Assembly: GCA_945897435.1 (NCBI GenBank)
Contig: CAMDFJ010000005.1
Location: 1,781-65,780 of the forward strand
DNA: 64,000 nt
Direction: 5' to 3'
DNA from: Candidatus Kuenenia stuttgartensis
GTDB taxonomy: Bacteria > Planctomycetota > Planctomycetia > Pirellulales > UBA1268
Shown: one piece after another, positions 1-8,622 of the stretch
Position numbering within the stretch: position 1 is the first letter of the stretch
Layout: every line of letters starts with the position of its first letter
Notes under the pieces: model-generated
Databases searched by the model: none
What the model was told of the DNA's origin: nothing
The model's input: the letters and a program-made list of their open reading frames with translations, nothing else
Position numbers and translations under genes: made by a program

Positions 1-2817
1 GAACGTGTGGATTCCCTGTCCGCCGAAGACATAAAGGATCAGCGTCGCCAAAAATGCGGTGCCGGAGGTGAGCACGGTGCGACTCAGCGTCTGATTGACA
101 GCCTTGTCGATCATCGCGGCCGTGACGAACTGGCCCTTGCCCCGGAGTTCCCGCAGGCGATCAAAGATCACGATCGTATCGTTGATCGAGAAGCCGACGA
201 TCGTCAGCAGTGCCGCCACGACGTCGAGGCTGATCTTGAAGTCGTCGACCAGCGCCCAGCCCATGAACGGTGCCACGTATCGGCTCAGGGCCAGACATGC
301 CACTGTGACGAGCACGTCGTGGGCCAGGGCCACCACGGCGGCGATCCCGAAGGCCATGTTTTGAAACCGCAGCCAGACGTAGAGCACGATCATCAGCAGG
401 CTCGCCAGCAGGGCGTAGATGGCCGTGATCTTGGTGTTTCCGGCGACCTTTCCGCCGATCGAGTTGGCCGACAGATAGACCGGCGTCTCGTTGAGCTTTC
501 GTGCCACACGTTCGAGCACCTTGCGGGTGGCCGCGGGCTCCAGCGACGTGGCGAGCGCCCAATTGCGGTAGGGCTTCGACCTGGCCGACATGCCCTCGGC
601 CTCGAGTTCGAAGGGGGCCTCGGCGAAGCCTTCGGCCTCGAAGGCATCCTTGATCGTGGCCCGCAGGGTCATGAGGTTGATCTTCTCGGGAAAGTCGAGG
701 CCCACGGCGGTCGTGAGCGACTGCGGATCGGCAGCCTTCGATGCCCCGGCATCCTTCTGATCCGCCGCATCCTTCGAATCCTTCGCGGTCGAACTGATCT
801 CGCCAAATCCCATCGAGTAGGTGGCCAGCCGGCCCGGGAACGCATCCTGAAGAGCCCGTTCGACGCCCTCGTCGTCCCGCATCGAGGTGTCGATCTTGTA
901 CCGAAGATTGTCGGTCTTGCCACCGACGGTCACCGTGCTGACGGCGACGTCGGGAAGCACCTTGACGGCCTTGCGAACCTCGGCGATGTCGAGCCCATTT
1001 CCCTCCTTGAACTGCACCTGGACGCTCGATCCGCCGGTGAAGTCGATATCGAACAGTCCCTGTCCGCGCTGCACTGCAGCCGCGAGCCCGAGGAGAATGA
1101 AGGCACTCGAGGCCAGAATCGCCGCCTGCATCCAGGAGACGAACTTGAAATCGGTGTCGCCGAAGAACTTCGCCATCTTGAGCGAGGTGATCCAGCGGTT
1201 CCGCTCGGCGAGGTCGAAGATCACCCGGGAGCAGAAAACTGCCGTGAACAGATTGAGCGTGAGCCCGAGGATCAGCGTGACCGCAAACCCCTTGAGCTGG
1301 TCCGTGCCGACCGCGAAGAGCACGATCCCGGTGATCACCGTCGTCAGATTGGAGTCGAGGATCGCGGAAAATGCCCGCTGAAACCCGTTGCGGATCGCCG
1401 TCCGAATGCCGGCCCCGCGTTCGGTCTCCTCCCGCATTCGTTCGTAGATCAGCACGTTGGCGTCGACGGCCATGCCAACCGAGAGCACGAGGCCCGCAAG
1501 GCCGGCGAGCGTGAAGGCGGCCTTGATCGAGAGCATCAGGGCCAGGACGAGGATGATGTTGAGGAGCACCGCGAGGTCGGCGACAAAGCCCGAGAAGCGG
1601 TAATAGGCGAGCATGAACGTCAGCACCGCGATCGTTGCCAGCAGCATCGCCCGGGTGCCGGAACGGATCGTGTCGGCTCCAAGCTGGGGACTGATCTTCT
1701 GCTCGCTGATCGGATCGCTGTAGAGGGCCGCCGGGAGGCTGCCGGCGTTGAGCACGCCGACGAGAAAGTCGACGTCGGCCTGCTTGAAACTGCCCGTGAT
1801 CTGACCGTCACCGGAGATGGCGCTGCGGATCGTCGGAGCCGAGAGCAGGGTGTCGTCGAGCAGGATTCCAAGCCGGCTCGTGAGCCGGTTGGCCGGATCT
1901 GGAAGGTTTTGGCCGGTGAGCGTGCCGAAGAGGGCCGCCCCGGCGGAATTGAAGGAGAAGTTGACGCAGGGCTGGAGGTTGCTGTCGTAACTGGAAAGCG
2001 ACCGCGAAAGATAGCCGCCGGTCACGTTGAAGCGGTCGAGCACGACCAGCACCTCGACGCGGCCGTCGGGCATCGTCCGGGTCACGAGACCACGATCCTC
2101 GGCGGGATTGATCTTGGCGGTGTCGAGTTGCACCCAGCGGCCGATGGCGTTGCCGCCGTCCATGACGGTCGTGCCGCCGGTCCTCGCACCAAGCTCCACC
2201 ACCCGCTTGTGCCGAGGATCCTCTGGGTTCGCCGTGATCCGAAACTCGAGCACGCCGGCGCTCGACACGATTCGCTTGATCAGGTCGACCTCCGACTGAT
2301 CGACGTCGGGCACGATCACCTCGATCTGGTCGAGGCCGTACCGACGGACGGTGACCTCCTTCTGGCCGCCCGGATTCACCCGGCGACTGACTGCGGCGAC
2401 CAGTTTGTCCATGTCGACAGCGCCCATCGCGGCGGCTCCGACAGTGGCCCCCTCGCCGGCCGTTGCCGCAGCGACTTCGGCACGCTTCGAGGAATCGATC
2501 TCATAGACCAGAATCACGCCACCCTTGAGGTCGATTCCAAGCCGGGGCGGCCAGCCGAGTGCGATGATCGCGCAGCCTGCCGTCAGCGCGACGAGCACGG
2601 CAGCGACGCGGCCCCACATGTCGGAGGCCCGGAACTGCTTCGCCAGCATCCATGCCAGCAGCGTCGGCAGGCCGATCGTCAGCAGGGTCAGCAGCCAGAG
2701 AAACCAGCCCTCCCGCCACCAGGGCATGGCGGCCGTCGTGGCGGGGATGGCATCGGCGGCGGGAGCGATCGCGGCCGCCTGGGCGAAGAGGGTCGATGCG
2801 AATGAGAAAATGTCCAT
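1..2817 (-). CDS. secDF: Fused protein-export membrane protein SecDF; C-terminal end runs off the window start
   Basis: Absent from the ORF track because it has no stop in the window. My reverse-complement translation from ATG 2817 gives MDIFSFASTLFAQ...GIDLKGGVILVYEID (SecD-type N-terminus). Further on it reads GMAVDANVLIYERMREE (SecD), and near position 1 GFSINDTIVIFDRLRE...LYVFGGQGIHTF (SecF). It sits in the classical tgt-yajC-secDF order. The 932-aa + ORF 7..2805 is its antisense shadow. Confidence 0.9.
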   Translation of the reverse strand, partial: MDIFSFASTLFAQAAAIAPAADAIPATTAAMPWWREGWFLWLLTLLTIGLPTLLAWMLAKQFRASDMWGRVAAVLVALTAGCAIIALGWPPRLGIDLKGGVILVYEIDSSKRAEVAAATAGEGATVGAAAMGAVDMDKLVAAVSRRVNPGGQKEVTVRRYGLDQIEVIVPDVDQSEVDLIKRIVSSAGVLEFRITANPEDPRHKRVVELGARTGGTTVMDGGNAIGRWVQLDTAKINPAEDRGLVTRTMPDGRVEVLVVLDRFNVTGGYLSRSLSSYDSNLQPCVNFSFNSAGAALFGTLTGQNLPDPANRLTSRLGILLDDTLLSAPTIRSAISGDGQITGSFKQADVDFLVGVLNAGSLPAALYSDPISEQKISPQLGADTIRSGTRAMLLATIAVLTFMLAYYRFSGFVADLAVLLNIILVLALMLSIKAAFTLAGLAGLVLSVGMAVDANVLIYERMREETERGAGIRTAIRNGFQRAFSAILDSNLTTVITGIVLFAVGTDQLKGFAVTLILGLTLNLFTAVFCSRVIFDLAERNRWITSLKMAKFFGDTDFKFVSWMQAAILASSAFILLGLAAAVQRGQGLFDIDFTGGSSVQVQFKEGNGLDIAEVRKAVKVLPDVAVSTVTVGGKTDNLRYKIDTSMRDDEGVERALQDAFPGRLATYSMGFGEISSTAKDSKDAADQKDAGASKAADPQSLTTAVGLDFPEKINLMTLRATIKDAFEAEGFAEAPFELEAEGMSARSKPYRNWALATSLEPAATRKVLERVARKLNETPVYLSANSIGGKVAGNTKITAIYALLASLLMIVLYVWLRFQNMAFGIAAVVALAHDVLVTVACLALSRYVAPFMGWALVDDFKISLDVVAALLTIVGFSINDTIVIFDRLRELRGKGQFVTAAMIDKAVNQTLSRTVLTSGTAFLATLILYVFGGQGIHTF

Positions 2818-2851
2818 GCTTGTCCAGTGGTTGGGTTGGTTCGGCCCGCCG

Positions 2852-3172
2852 TCAGGCTCCGGATTCGGCTGCGGCCGAGGGCTCGCCGAGCACCTTGGCG
2901 ATGCTCGACAGCGTGACGGTGATCTTCACGTTTTCGGAGTCGTCGATCTTGAGCGAGACACGGTCTCCATCCCGGTCGACATTGGCAACCGTGCCGTACA
3001 TGCCGCCGGTCGTCAGCACCCGGTCGTTCTTCTTGAGCCCGGCGAGCAGTTCCTTGTGCTTCTGCATCCGCTCCCGTTCCGGCTTGTAGAGCAGCATCCA
3101 GGCGGCGAAAGCCACCAGCAGGAACGGCAGGTAGGAGAGCAGGAGTTCGAGATTGTTGGGGGCGGGCTGCAT
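2852..3172 (-). CDS. yajC: Preprotein translocase subunit YajC
   Basis: 106 aa with one N-terminal TM helix, then KHKELLAGLKKNDRVLTTGGMYGTV...D, the typical YajC core. It lies between tgt and secDF. ATG start checked. Confidence 0.9.
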   Translation of the reverse strand: MQPAPNNLELLLSYLPFLLVAFAAWMLLYKPERERMQKHKELLAGLKKNDRVLTTGGMYGTVANVDRDGDRVSLKIDDSENVKITVTLSSIAKVLGEPSAAAESGA

Positions 3173-3288
3173 CGGATGTCCGCTGCGGAAACAGGGGTTT
3201 TTTCAAGACCCGCAAATGTAGTGGCCCGCGCGCGCGACCGACAAGTCCAAGCCCTTTGCAGGCCGCGTGGAAACGGTTCGGGCCGCGA

Positions 3289-4404
3289 TCACTCGGCGGC
3301 CGGCGCGAATCGTGCCGCGAGATCCCGCCGCAAGGACTCGAAACGGCCCTCAACCACCGCCTCCCGGAGCCGGGCGACGAGCCGCTGGTAGAAACTGAGG
3401 TTGTGGATCGAGGCGAGGATCGGCCCCAGCATTTCGCCGGCCAGAAAGAGATGTCGCAGGTAGCTGCGACTGTGGCGGCAGGCGAGGCAGGGGCAGTCCT
3501 CCTCCAATGGCCGCTGGTCGCGGGCATGGCTGGCATTCCGGAGCCGAATCTGGCCGGAGAAGGTGTAGGCGAGCGAGTTTCGGCCGCAGCGGGTGGGAAG
3601 CACGCAGTCGAACATGTCGATGCCGGTGGCGACCGCCTCGACGATGTCCCAGGGCTGTCCGACCCCCATCAGATAGCGTGGCTTGGATGCAGGCAGATGC
3701 GGCACCGTGGCCCGCAGGGTCGCCAGCATCGCGTCGGGTCCCTCGCCCACGGAGAGGCCGCCAACCGCGTAGCCATCGAACGGCATTCCCACGAGTGCTT
3801 CGGCACTCTCCTGCCGTAGCTCGGGCTCAAGGCCCCCCTGGACGATGGCGAACATCGCCTGACCGGCGCGACTGCGGGCAGAGAGGCAGCGTTCCGCCCA
3901 GCGAAGCGACCGCCGCATCGCCGACTCGACGAGCGCCCGCTCCGACGGCAGCGGGACCACCTCGTCGAGCTGCATGGCGATGTCGGCCCCGATCCGCTCC
4001 TGGATGTGAACGGCCCGCTCGGGGGTGAGGTCGATCGCCGAGCCGTCGAGGTGCGATCGGAAGAAGGCCCCCTCCTCCGTCACCCGCACCTGCCGGGCGA
4101 GACTGAACACCTGGAAGCCACCGCTGTCGGTGAGCGTCGGCCCGTTCCATCCCATGAACGCGGCCAGTCCCCCACCCTGCTCCACCACCTCCTCGCCAGG
4201 CCTGAGGTGCAGGTGGTAGGTGTTGGCGAGCAGCATCCCGGCGCCGGTCTCAGCAACCCGGCCGATGTCGACACCCTTCACGCTGGCCAATGTCGCCACC
4301 GGCATGAACAACGGTGTCGGCACGCTGCCATGCGGCGTCGCGAGCTCACCCGCCCGCGCCGCTCCATCCGTCGCCTCGACCGCAAACGCAAATCCCGGCT
4401 GCAT
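3289..4404 (-). CDS. tgt: Queuine tRNA-ribosyltransferase
   Basis: Tgt-like strings TPHGSVPTPLFMPV, LTDSGGFQVFSL, GYAVGGLSVGE and the C-terminal CxCxxC...H zinc site (CPCLACRHSRSYLRH). The track ORF extends to a GTG at 4461. ATG at 4404 (MQPGFAFAVEATDGAAR) gives the usual ~371 aa. Confidence 0.92.
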   Translation of the reverse strand: MQPGFAFAVEATDGAARAGELATPHGSVPTPLFMPVATLASVKGVDIGRVAETGAGMLLANTYHLHLRPGEEVVEQGGGLAAFMGWNGPTLTDSGGFQVFSLARQVRVTEEGAFFRSHLDGSAIDLTPERAVHIQERIGADIAMQLDEVVPLPSERALVESAMRRSLRWAERCLSARSRAGQAMFAIVQGGLEPELRQESAEALVGMPFDGYAVGGLSVGEGPDAMLATLRATVPHLPASKPRYLMGVGQPWDIVEAVATGIDMFDCVLPTRCGRNSLAYTFSGQIRLRNASHARDQRPLEEDCPCLACRHSRSYLRHLFLAGEMLGPILASIHNLSFYQRLVARLREAVVEGRFESLRRDLAARFAPAAE

Positions 4405-4488
4405 CTCACCAGACTCCAGGACAACTGCAGTTCCTGCCCCGTGTCCCGGCTGGCGGTTCACGTCAACTGGCGTGGGTGCAAACCTGCC

Positions 4489-7134
4489 TCAGAAAATCCC
4501 GAGGGCCTCGAGCGAGTAGCGGACGACGAGGCCGGCGACCACCACGCTCACCATGCTCATGAGTTTCACGAGAATGTTGAGGCTCGGGCCGGACGTGTCC
4601 TTGAACGGATCGCCGACGGTATCGCCCACGACGGCCGCCTTGTGGGCATCGCTCCCCTTGCCGCCATGCGCCCCCGCCTCGATGGCCTTCTTGGCGTTGT
4701 CCCAGGCGCCGCCCGCGTTGGCCATGAAGACCGCGACGCAGAAGCCCGTGGTCAGACCGCCCACGAGCAGTCCGAGGACTCCCCCGACGCCAAGCAGCAT
4801 TCCGGTGGCCAGCGGCACCGCCAGGGCGAGCACCGAGGGCAACACCATCTCCCGCTGGGCCGCCTTGGTGCTGATCGCGATCGGCGTCTCGTAGTCGGGC
4901 TTCTGGGGATTGTTCTCGTCCATGATGCCGGGGTTTTCCCGGAACTGCCGCCGGACCTCCTCCACCATGCCCTTCGCGGCCCGGCCGACCGCCTTCATCG
5001 TCAGGGCGGCGAACACGAACACGCTCATGGCACCCATGAACATTCCCACGAGCACCTTGGGATTCATCAGGGTGACGTCGTAAAACCGCATGAAGTCGGC
5101 CATCGTCGCCGTCTTGACCGAAACGATGCGGTTCTCGTCGACGAGTCTGCCGACGAGGGCCTGATCCGGAGCCGAATCGCTGACGACGTAGCGGGCGGTC
5201 CCCTCCAGTCCCCTGACCAGCGGTTCGATCCGCAGTTTTCCATCCGGGCCGCGGCGGCCGTCGAGCACGGAGGGATCGAGCACCAGCCAGGTGGAATTCG
5301 CCTCACGAGTGGATCCGATCCGCAGCACGACCCGGTCGGCCAGTTTGACCCAGTCGCCCTCCTTGAGGTCGACCGTCTTCCCTGCCGCAGTGATGCTCTG
5401 GACATCATCCCGAACGGTGGCGACAGAGCCGCCCCAGCGATCGAACCCGATCCGCACCTCCTCCACGTAGGCCGCCAGCAGGGCCAGGGCCGTCAGGGCG
5501 GCGGAGCCGATCGCGAATCCCTTGCCGGTCGCGGCGGTCGTGTTGCCGAGCGCATCGAGGGCATCGGTCCGCTCGCGGACGATCTCGGGCAGGCCGGCCA
5601 TCTGCGCGTTGCCACCGGCATTGTCGGCGATCGGGCCGTAGGCGTCGGTCGCCAGCGTGATGCCGAGCGTCGCCAGCATGCCGACGGCGGCGATGCCCAC
5701 CCCGTAGAGGCCGAGGGCGAAGCTGGCCGGATTCTTGAAATCGAAGCCGTTGGCGAACCCGAAGGCGAGGAGCGTGGCGGCACCGGTGATCAGCACCGGA
5801 GCCCAGGTGCTGAGCATGCCCTCGGCCATGCCGCCGATGATGATCGTGGCCGGCCCCGTCAGGGCCTGTTCGGTGAGTTCCTTGGTTGGCTGATACTCGT
5901 TGCTGGTCGAATATTCGGTCCATTTTCCGATCAACCATCCTGCCACGAGCCCAACGATGACCGAGATCGCCACTCCCATGTGGCTCCAGCCCATGACCAG
6001 AAGGGTGACCAGAAACGTCGCGACCACGATCGCGCCGGTGGCGAAGTTGATCCCCTTGGCGAGGGCCGCCAGCAGCGACTTCTGCGAGGAATCCTCCTGG
6101 GTCTGCACCTGATAGATCCCCCAGATCGAGAGCAGGGTTCCGACCGCCGCAATCACAATCGGCAGAAAGAGGGCGGCGAGTTGCATCCGGTAATTGCCGG
6201 GAAATGCGGCAACGCCGAGTGCCGCCGTGGCGAGGATGCTGCCGCAGTAGCTCTCGTAGAGGTCCGCCCCCATGCCGGCGACATCGCCGACGTTGTCACC
6301 GACGTTGTCGGCGATCGTGGCCGGGTTCCGCGGGCTGTCTTCCGGGATGCCATGCTCAACCTTGCCGACCAGATCGGCACCGACGTCGGCAGCCTTCGTG
6401 AAGATGCCACCACCGACCCTGGCGAAGAGCGCCTGCGTGCTCGCCCCCATCCCGAAGCAGAGCATCGTGACGGTGATCTCCTCCAGTGAGAGCGGCCTGA
6501 AGCCAAACAGTGGCACCAGCCAGTAGAGGACGAAGAACCAGAGCAGAATGTCGAGCAGGCCGAGCCCGACGACGGTGAGCCCCATCACGGCGCCGGACCG
6601 AAAGGCAATCTGGAGGCCTTCGTTGAGCGACCGCTCGGCCCCGGCCGCCGTACGGTTGCTGGCAAGCGTTGCCGTCTTCATGCCAAACCAGCCGGCCAGG
6701 CCGGAAAAGAATCCCCCCGACAGAAAGGCGAACGGCACCCAGAGGCTCTGCACGCCCAGTCCGACCGCCATCCAGAGCAGGAACAGACTGATCGCGAGGA
6801 ATGCCCAGGCGACGACCTTGTACTGCTGCCGGAGGTAGGCGTAGGCACCGCGGCGGACGTCCTCCGCGATCTCGATCATCTTGGGAGTGCCGGCCGGCTG
6901 GGCCTCCATCCAGATGAAGAACTGCCAGGCCTGATAGAGGGCCAACGAAGAACCGCCGACCCCGACCAGCCAGAGGAGCAGATACCAGATGTTGCCCATG
7001 CCGCTGGGAGCGTCGGCGGGGTTGGTTTCGGCTGACGCGCACCCCGACAGTGACATCAACACCAACCCGCAGGCCATGGCGGGCAGGATCCTCGTGGCAA
7101 TTCGGGTGGAAACGATGCTGGCGGCGGATTTCAC
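4489..7134 (-). CDS. hppA: Membrane-bound proton-translocating pyrophosphatase (M-PPase) with loop insert and lipoprotein-like leader
   Basis: Signature motifs DVGADLVGKVE, IADNVGDNVGDVAGMGADLYESY, TDAYGPIADNAGG, GNTTAATGKGFAIGSAAL, EVRRQF, DTVGDPFKDTSGPSLN. The start is uncertain: the ORF runs to TTG 7263 / ATG 7254. Third-position GC drops upstream of GTG 7134, which gives MKSAASIVSTRIATRILPAMACGLVLMSLSG-C. ATG 7077 is a further option. Confidence 0.9.
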   Translation of the reverse strand: MKSAASIVSTRIATRILPAMACGLVLMSLSGCASAETNPADAPSGMGNIWYLLLWLVGVGGSSLALYQAWQFFIWMEAQPAGTPKMIEIAEDVRRGAYAYLRQQYKVVAWAFLAISLFLLWMAVGLGVQSLWVPFAFLSGGFFSGLAGWFGMKTATLASNRTAAGAERSLNEGLQIAFRSGAVMGLTVVGLGLLDILLWFFVLYWLVPLFGFRPLSLEEITVTMLCFGMGASTQALFARVGGGIFTKAADVGADLVGKVEHGIPEDSPRNPATIADNVGDNVGDVAGMGADLYESYCGSILATAALGVAAFPGNYRMQLAALFLPIVIAAVGTLLSIWGIYQVQTQEDSSQKSLLAALAKGINFATGAIVVATFLVTLLVMGWSHMGVAISVIVGLVAGWLIGKWTEYSTSNEYQPTKELTEQALTGPATIIIGGMAEGMLSTWAPVLITGAATLLAFGFANGFDFKNPASFALGLYGVGIAAVGMLATLGITLATDAYGPIADNAGGNAQMAGLPEIVRERTDALDALGNTTAATGKGFAIGSAALTALALLAAYVEEVRIGFDRWGGSVATVRDDVQSITAAGKTVDLKEGDWVKLADRVVLRIGSTREANSTWLVLDPSVLDGRRGPDGKLRIEPLVRGLEGTARYVVSDSAPDQALVGRLVDENRIVSVKTATMADFMRFYDVTLMNPKVLVGMFMGAMSVFVFAALTMKAVGRAAKGMVEEVRRQFRENPGIMDENNPQKPDYETPIAISTKAAQREMVLPSVLALAVPLATGMLLGVGGVLGLLVGGLTTGFCVAVFMANAGGAWDNAKKAIEAGAHGGKGSDAHKAAVVGDTVGDPFKDTSGPSLNILVKLMSMVSVVVAGLVVRYSLEALGIF

Positions 7135-7314
7135 GAGGGATGGCTCTCCAGAAAAACGGTTCGGGGCTTTGGGGCGGACAACGGTCTCTCGAGGACCGCT
7201 GCGAGAGCCACACGCCACCGTGTGGGGGAGATTGAAACCCGCGAACAGGGGCATGTCAAACAACCCCGAGTGGAGCCATACCGCCGGTCTGGCCGGCAGA
7301 GGGAGGCCTGGAGA

Positions 7315-8622
7315 TCAGACCGCCGCCTTGCCGATCGAATGATAGGCGAAACCGCGGGCCTTCATTTCCGCGGGGACGTAGAGATTGCGGCCATCGAAGA
7401 TCGTCCGAACGGCCATCCGCCGGGACATCTCCTCGAAGTCGGGCCTGCGAAAATCGCCCCACTCCGTCACGATCGCCAGACACTCGGCCCCGTCGAGGGC
7501 CTCCATCGGGCCGCCGGCATAGGCAAGCCGGTCACCGTAGACCGCCCGCACGTTGTCGCTCGCTTCGGGATCGAACACCGTCACGACGGCGCCGCCGGCG
7601 AGCAGCCGATCGATCAGATCGAGAGCCGGCGCGTCACGAACATCGTCCGTCCGCGGCTTGAAGGCCAGACCCCAGACGGCGATCTTGCGGCCGGTCAGGC
7701 TGCCGCCAAAGTGGGCCGCGATCTTCTCTCCGAGAACCTGCTTCTGGGCGAGGTTGGTGTCGTGGACCGCGCTGAGCACCCGCGGCTGGATTCCCTTGTC
7801 GCGGGCCATCGCCGCCAAGGCCTGCACGTCCTTCGGAAAACAGCTGCCGCCGTAGCCGACGCCCGGAAACAGAAAGGCGAATCCGATCCGGCTGTCGTGG
7901 CCGATGCCGCGACGGACATCGTCGATGTCGGCCTCCATCCGCTCGCAGAGGTTGGCCACCTCGTTGATGAAGCTGATCTTCGTGGCCAGCAGGGCGTTGG
8001 CGACGTACTTCGTCATCTCCGAACTCTCGGGCGACATCACCAGGAAAGGGTTCTCGGTCCGCAGGAAGGGCAGATAGAGGCCGCGGAGTTTCTCCCCCAC
8101 CGCGGGCGAACGGACGCCGACCACGACCCGGTCGGGCTTCTGGAAGTCGTCGATCGCCGCGCCCTCCTTGAGAAACTCAGGATTGCTGGCGACATGGCAG
8201 TCGCGGCCCGTCCGCTCGCGGAGACGGCGCTCGATGCCGGCGCACGTGCCCACCGGCACGGTGCTCTTGGTGACCACCACGGCCTCCGGACGGAGATGCG
8301 GCGCGATCGAGTCGATCACCTTCCAGAGGGCGGAGAGGTCGGCGGATCCGTCGGCTGCCGGCGGCGTTCCGACCGCCAGAAAGACGATGTCGGCACTGCC
8401 GATCGCCGTCGCAGTGTCGGTGGTGAACTTCAGCCGGCCCGCAGCCGCGTTTCGGACCACCAGTTCCTCGAGCCCGGGCTCGTAGATCGGTATCTCACCG
8501 CGATTGAGCCGGGCGATCTTGTCGGCATTGATGTCGAGACAGGTGACCGAATTGCCACTGTCGGCGAAGCATGTGCCCGTGACGAGTCCGACGTAGCCAG
8601 TCCCAACGACCCCGATCTTCAT
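7315..8622 (-). CDS. ugd: UDP-glucose 6-dehydrogenase
   Basis: N-terminal Rossmann [20 protein letters not shown], catalytic-region GGSCFPKD, 435 aa. Its ATG overlaps the gyrA stop (ATGA). Confidence 0.9.
   Translation of the reverse strand: MKIGVVGTGYVGLVTGTCFADSGNSVTCLDINADKIARLNRGEIPIYEPGLEELVVRNAAAGRLKFTTDTATAIGSADIVFLAVGTPPAADGSADLSALWKVIDSIAPHLRPEAVVVTKSTVPVGTCAGIERRLRERTGRDCHVASNPEFLKEGAAIDDFQKPDRVVVGVRSPAVGEKLRGLYLPFLRTENPFLVMSPESSEMTKYVANALLATKISFINEVANLCERMEADIDDVRRGIGHDSRIGFAFLFPGVGYGGSCFPKDVQALAAMARDKGIQPRVLSAVHDTNLAQKQVLGEKIAAHFGGSLTGRKIAVWGLAFKPRTDDVRDAPALDLIDRLLAGGAVVTVFDPEASDNVRAVYGDRLAYAGGPMEALDGAECLAIVTEWGDFRRPDFEEMSRRMAVRTIFDGRNLYVPAEMKARGFAYHSIGKAAV

Noticed and set aside
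7-2805. 932-aa + strand ORF, the longest in this part of the track
   Set aside because: It is antisense to a clear SecDF coding frame. The product is low-complexity and rich in R/G/D/E/H, with no motifs. This is a typical shadow ORF of high-GC DNA.
4006-6489. 827-aa + strand ORF
   Set aside because: It is antisense to the H+-PPase gene, whose frame carries all the family signatures.
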